From Mobula hypostoma (lineage: Eukaryota): a stretch of 64,000 bases of DNA. The stretch lies in NCBI RefSeq assembly GCF_963921235.1, contig NW_026948140.1, positions 496,001-560,000 of the forward strand. The letters run 5' to 3'. The notes beneath the pieces were generated by a model. It did not search any database, had not been told where the DNA came from, and was given only the letters and a program-made list of their open reading frames with translations. Shown one piece after another: positions 59,701 to 64,000 of this stretch; position 1 is the stretch's first letter, and every line of letters begins with the position of its first letter. Both the position numbers and the translations under genes were made by a program.

Positions 59701-60374
59701 GGGTCACAATACAGGCCCTTCGGAATTTCAAAATTACCTAGGGTTACCCATAGCCCTCTATTTTTCTGAGCACCACATACCTGTCCAGAAGTCTCTTAAA
59801 AGATCCTATGATATTTGCCTCCACCACCATCGCTGGCAGCCCATTCTACACTCACCAATCTCTGTGTAAAAAAACTTACCCCTGGCATCTCCTCTGTACC
59901 TACTTCCAAGCACCTTAAAACTGTGTCCACTCATGTTAGCCATTTCAGCCCTGGGAATAAGCCCCTGACTATCCACACAATCAATGCTTCTCTTCATCTT
60001 ATACACCTCTGTCAGGCCACCTCTCATCCTCCGTTGCTCCAAGGAGAAAAGGCCAAATTCACTCAACCTATTTTCATAGGGCATGCTCCCCAATCCAGGC
60101 AATATCCTTGTAGATCTCTTCTGCACCCTATTATTTCCACATTCTTCCTGTAGTGAGGTGACCAGAACTGAGCACAGTACTCCAAGTAGGGTCTGACCAG
60201 GGTCCTATATAGATGCAACATTATCTCTTAACTTTTAAACTCAATCCAGGTACAGCAGGCGGTGAAAAAGGCGAATGGTATGCTGGCATTTATAGCAAGA
60301 GGATTCGAGTACAGGAGCAGGGAGGTACTACTGCAGTTGTACAAGGCCTTGGTAAGACCACACCTGGAGTATTG
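53131..60374. repeat. Near-identical tandem duplication, period 3,623 bp (53131-56751 and 56754-60374)
   Basis: Identical ORFs offset by 3623 (e.g. 53661/57284, 53967/57590, 56183/59806). Chimeric junction ctggagtattg|ga|gaacttccgc at ~56751. Confidence 0.95.
53790..56085 (+). mobile_element. Old Rex1/Babar LINE (APE and RT remnants); duplicated at ~57413-59708
   Basis: IFLANIQSLENK, CTGTWL, LQDCLESVDW, VNPRKAFGPD, VYKFAND, LNVKELIVDF. Confidence 0.75.
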
Positions 60375-60929
60375 TGTGCAGTTTTGGTCCCCTAATCTGA
60401 GGAAAGACATCCTTGCCATAGAGGGAGTACAAAGAAGGTTCACCAGATTGATTCCTGGGATGGCAGGACTTTCATATGATGAAAGACTGGATGAACTAGG
60501 CTTATACTCATTGGAATTTAAAGGATTGAGGGGGGATCTGATTGAAACGTATAAAATCCTAAAGGGATTGGACAGGCTAGATGCAGGAAGATTGTTCCCG
60601 ATGTTGGGGAAGTCCAGAACGAGGGGTCAGAGTTTGAGGATAAAGGGGAAGCCTTTTAGGACTGAGATTAGGAAAAACTTCTTCACTCAGAGGGTGGTGA
60701 ATCTGTGGAATTCTTTGCCACAGGAAACAGTTGAGGCCAGTTCATTGGCTATATTTAAGAGGGAGTTAGATATGGCCCTTGTGGCTAAAGGGATCAGTGG
60801 GTATGGAGGGAAGGCTGGTACAGGGTTCTGAGTTGGATGATCAGCCATGATCATACTGAATGGCAGTGCAGGCTCGAAGGGCCGAATGGCCTACTCCTGC
60901 ACCTATTTTCCATGTTTCTATGTTTCTAT
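60245..60929 (+). mobile_element. Young CR1 3' end inserted into a minus-strand CR1
   Basis: ORF 60262-60831 has KKANGMLAFI...RPHLEYCVQFWSP...FFTQRVVNLWNSLP. (atgtttct)n tail. Confidence 0.9.
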
Positions 60930-61478
60930 CCCATGGTTGATGAAGGCCAATGCAACGTACGTCTTCTTAACCACACAGTCAACCTGTACAGCAGTTTTGA
61001 GTGTCCTGTGGACTCGGACCCTAAGATCCCTCTAATCCTCCACACTGCCAAGAGTCTTACCATTAATACTATATTCTGCCATCATGTTTGACCTACCAAA
61101 ATGAACCACCTCACACTTATCTAGTTTGAACTCTATTTGCCACTTCTCAGCCCAGTTTTGCATCCTATCAGTGTTCCGCTGTAACCTCTGAAAGCCCTCC
61201 ACACTATCCACAACACCCCCAACCTTTGTGTCATCAGCAAATTTACGAACCCATCCCTCCACTTCCTCATCCAGGTCATTTACGAAAATCACAAAGAGAA
61301 GCGATCCCAGAACAGATCCCTGAGGCACACCACTGGTCACCGACCTCCATGCAGAATATGACCCCTCTACAACCACTCTTTGTCTTCTATGGGCAAGCCA
61401 ACTCTGGATCCACAAAGCAAGGTCCCCTTGGATCACATGCCTCCTTACTTTCTCAATAAGCCTTGCATGGGGTACCTT

Positions 61479-62047
61479 GTAAGAAGGATGCTGTGCACAA
61501 TTCTGATTTGATGGAGACAGACGTGAGAAGCAGAGGAACATCTGGAGAAATTTCTGAAATACGCGGTTCGCTGCCGCTGCTACTGTACGATCGAGAATCT
61601 CTGGAGATAAGGCCCCAAAATCCCCGGCTTTGCCTGCTGCTGGCGACCAAGGCTGAGGACGAAGCATTCAGCAGAGATGGTCCGCGGTACTCGGTGTCGG
61701 AATGCTGATCAGAGCTTGAAGTTTTCGGACGACTCAGAGTCGGACTGTGGTTGGGCATGGCAGGGAGAGTTTTCTTCCTTCTCTCGTCTACATGAGATGT
61801 GGGACTTTCAAGAGACTTTGAACTTTTTTTACTGTGCCATGGCCTGTTCTTCATCAAGTTATGGTATTGTTGCACTGTTGTAACTATATGTTATAATTAC
61901 GTGCTTTTTGTTAGCTTTTCAGTCTTGGTCTGTCCTGTGTTTCTGTGATATCACACCGGAGGAATATTGTATCATTTCTTAATGCATGCGTTACTAAATG
62001 ACAATGAAAGAGGACTGCGTGTCCTCATAATCTAATCTAATCTAATC
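61479..62047 (+). mobile_element. Non-coding retroposon (SINE-like or LINE 3' UTR) with an (ATCTA)n tail
   Basis: Interrupts the CR1 motif gggtacctt|atcaaatgcc. Ends in aatctaatctaatctaatct. CpG-rich 5' part; no credible ORF. Confidence 0.65.
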
Positions 62048-63704
62048 TTATCAAATGCCTTGCTGAAATCCATATACACTACATTTATTGCTCTACCTTC
62101 ATCAACGTGTTTAGTCACATCCTCAAAAATTTCGGTCAGGCTTGTAAGGCACAACCTGCCTTTGATAAAGCCATGCTGACTATTCCTAGTTATATTATGC
62201 CTCTCCAGATGTCATAAATCCCGCCTCTCAGGATCTTCTCCATCAATTTATCAACCACTGAAGTAAGACTCACTGGTCTATAATTTCCTGGGCTGTCTCT
62301 ACTCCCTTTCTTGAATAGGGAAACAACATCTGCAACCCTCCAATCCTCCGGAACCTCTCCCATCCCCATTGATGATGCAAAGATCATTGCCAAAGGCTCA
62401 GCAATCTCTCCCCTCGCCTCCTACAGTAGCCTGGGGTACATCTCATCCAGTTCTGGAGACTTATCCAACTTAATGCTTTCCAAAAGCTCTCGCACATCCT
62501 CTTTCTTAATGTCTATATGCTCAAGCCTTTCAATCGGCTGTAAGGGTCATCCCTGCAATCACCAAGATTCTTTTCCGTAGTGAATACTGAAGCAGAGTAT
62601 TCATTAAGTACCTCTGCTATCTCCTCCGGTTCCATACACAGTTTTCCACTGTCACACTTAATTGGGTCCATTCTCTTGCGTCTTATCCTCTTGCTCTTCA
62701 CATACTTATAGAATGCCTTGCGGTTTTTCTTAATCCTGCTCGCCAAGACCTTTTCATGGCTCCTTTTGGCTCTCCTAATTTCATTCTTAAGCTCCTTCCT
62801 GCTAGCCTTATAATCTTCTAGATCTCTATCATTACCTATTTTTTCAAACATTTTGTAAGCTTTTCTTTTCTTTTTGACTCAATTTTCAACAGCCTTTGTA
62901 CACCTCGGTTCCTGTACCCTACCATCCTTTCCCTGTCTCATTGGAAATTACCTATGGAGAACACCACACAAATATCCCCACATTTGCCACATTCCTGCCA
63001 TAATTTCCCTGAGAATATCTGTTCCCAATTTGTGCTTCCAAGTTCCTGCTTGATAGCTTCATATCTCACTCTCTCCAATTAAACGCTTTCCAAACTTGTC
63101 TGTTCCTACCTCTCTCCAAATCTATGGTAAAGGAGATAGAATTGTGATCACCATCTCCCAAATGCTCTCCCACTGAGAGACCTGACACCTGACAAGGTTC
63201 ATTTCCCAATACCAGATCAAGTACAGCCTCTCCTCTTGTAGGCTTATCTACATATTGTCAGGAAACCTTCCTGGACACACCTAACAAACTCCATGCCATC
63301 TAAACCCCTCGCTCTAGGGAGATGCCAATCAATATTTGGGAAGTTAAAATCTCTCACAACCAACATGCTATTATTATACCTTTCCAGAATCTGTCTCCCT
63401 ATCTGCTCCTCGATGTCCCTGTTACTCTTGGGTGGTCCTTCCCGTTACAGCAATGCCCTTGAATGGAAAATCTTACAAAAAGGAGTGGATATGGTCCAGT
63501 CCATCACGGGTAAAGCCCTCAGCGCCACTGGTCACATCTACATGAAGCATTGCTACAGGAATACAGCAACGATCATCTGGGATGCCTGCCACCCAGGGCA
63601 TGCTCTTTTCTCACTACTGCCATCAGAAGGTTCAGGAGCCTCAGGACTCACATTACCAGGGCCAGCAACAGTTATTATCCCCCAAACCTCATACTCTTGA
63701 GCCA

Positions 63705-64000
63705 AAGAAGATCCAGAGATGAGGGTAGTGGGAAGGAGGAGATCCAGAGACAAGGATAGGGGCAAGGTGGAGATCCAGAATTGCGAGTAGGGGGAAGGAT
63801 ATCCAGGGTCGAGGGTAGAGGGAGATCCAAAGATGACAGTAGAGGGGAGGGAATGGGGAAGGAGCTCCAGAGACTACGGGAAGGAGGCAACCCACTGGCA
63901 GGGGAGGGAGAGCAATAGGAGACCTGGAGAGATGAATGCGTGGGGAAGAGGGTGACCCAGAGATGGGGTAAGGGTGGTGGTAAGCAGAGGAGGTGGAAAG
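63705..64000. repeat. Purine-rich degenerate minisatellite (recurring GGAGATCCAGAG cores)
   Basis: agaagatccagag, ggagatccagag, ggagatccagaa, ggatatccaggg, ggagatccaaag, ggagctccagag, spaced roughly 20-40 nt apart. Confidence 0.6.

Larger units (their letters stand above)
59708..63436 (-). mobile_element. CR1 LINE ORF2 (APE end, RT, 3' end), carrying two nested insertions
   Basis: ORFs 62513-62851, 62190-62393 (GNYRPVSLTSVV), 61032-61667 (GVPQGSVLG, KFADD) and 59806-60126. Confidence 0.85.

Noticed and set aside
53131..60374. Long direct repeats read as LTRs or as a CRISPR-like array
   Set aside because: The copies are directly adjacent, made of mixed LINE debris, and have no TG..CA ends, TSD or spacers. 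This is a plain tandem duplication.
1..64000. Prokaryotic RT-based systems (retron, DGR, CRISPR-RT), tRNA or rRNA genes
   Set aside because: All RTs have eukaryotic LINE or Penelope context. I saw no operons, repeat-spacer arrays, or tRNA/rRNA sequence.

Overview
This is eukaryotic, vertebrate-type DNA, and most of the window is nested retrotransposon debris. The mix of abundant CR1, Rex1/Babar, Neptune-type Penelope, RTE and L2 elements suggests a cartilaginous fish; that is an inference, not a database result. The only host gene I can support is coding exon 1 of an IFITM/dispanin (CD225) gene on the minus strand (31216-31434). It has a canonical phase-0 GTAAGT donor, a TATA box and an ISRE-like site. 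I could not find its second exon in the 31 kb of TE-filled sequence downstream. Notable structures: (1) a nearly intact 5.3-kb I-group (Nimb-like) LINE with gag ORF1 and APE-RT-RNaseH-CCHC ORF2, broken by one in-frame stop, with a 14-bp TSD, nested in an LTR-element remnant that is nested in an L2; (2) Penelope-like elements whose pseudo-LTRs carry minimal type I hammerhead ribozymes, including a ~725-bp fold-back insertion with an intact ribozyme on each arm about 1.6 kb upstream of the IFITM start; (3) a ~0.7-kb inverted duplication with reciprocal continuity that suggests a ~9-kb staggered-break inversion; (4) a near-identical 3,623-bp tandem duplication; (5) a 44-bp-arm hairpin in unique sequence; (6) two solo LTRs with TSDs. 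Most short ORFs in the supplied track are TE fragments or antisense shadows. I found no system I can call new with confidence. All coordinates were read by eye, and boundaries of degraded repeats are approximate.
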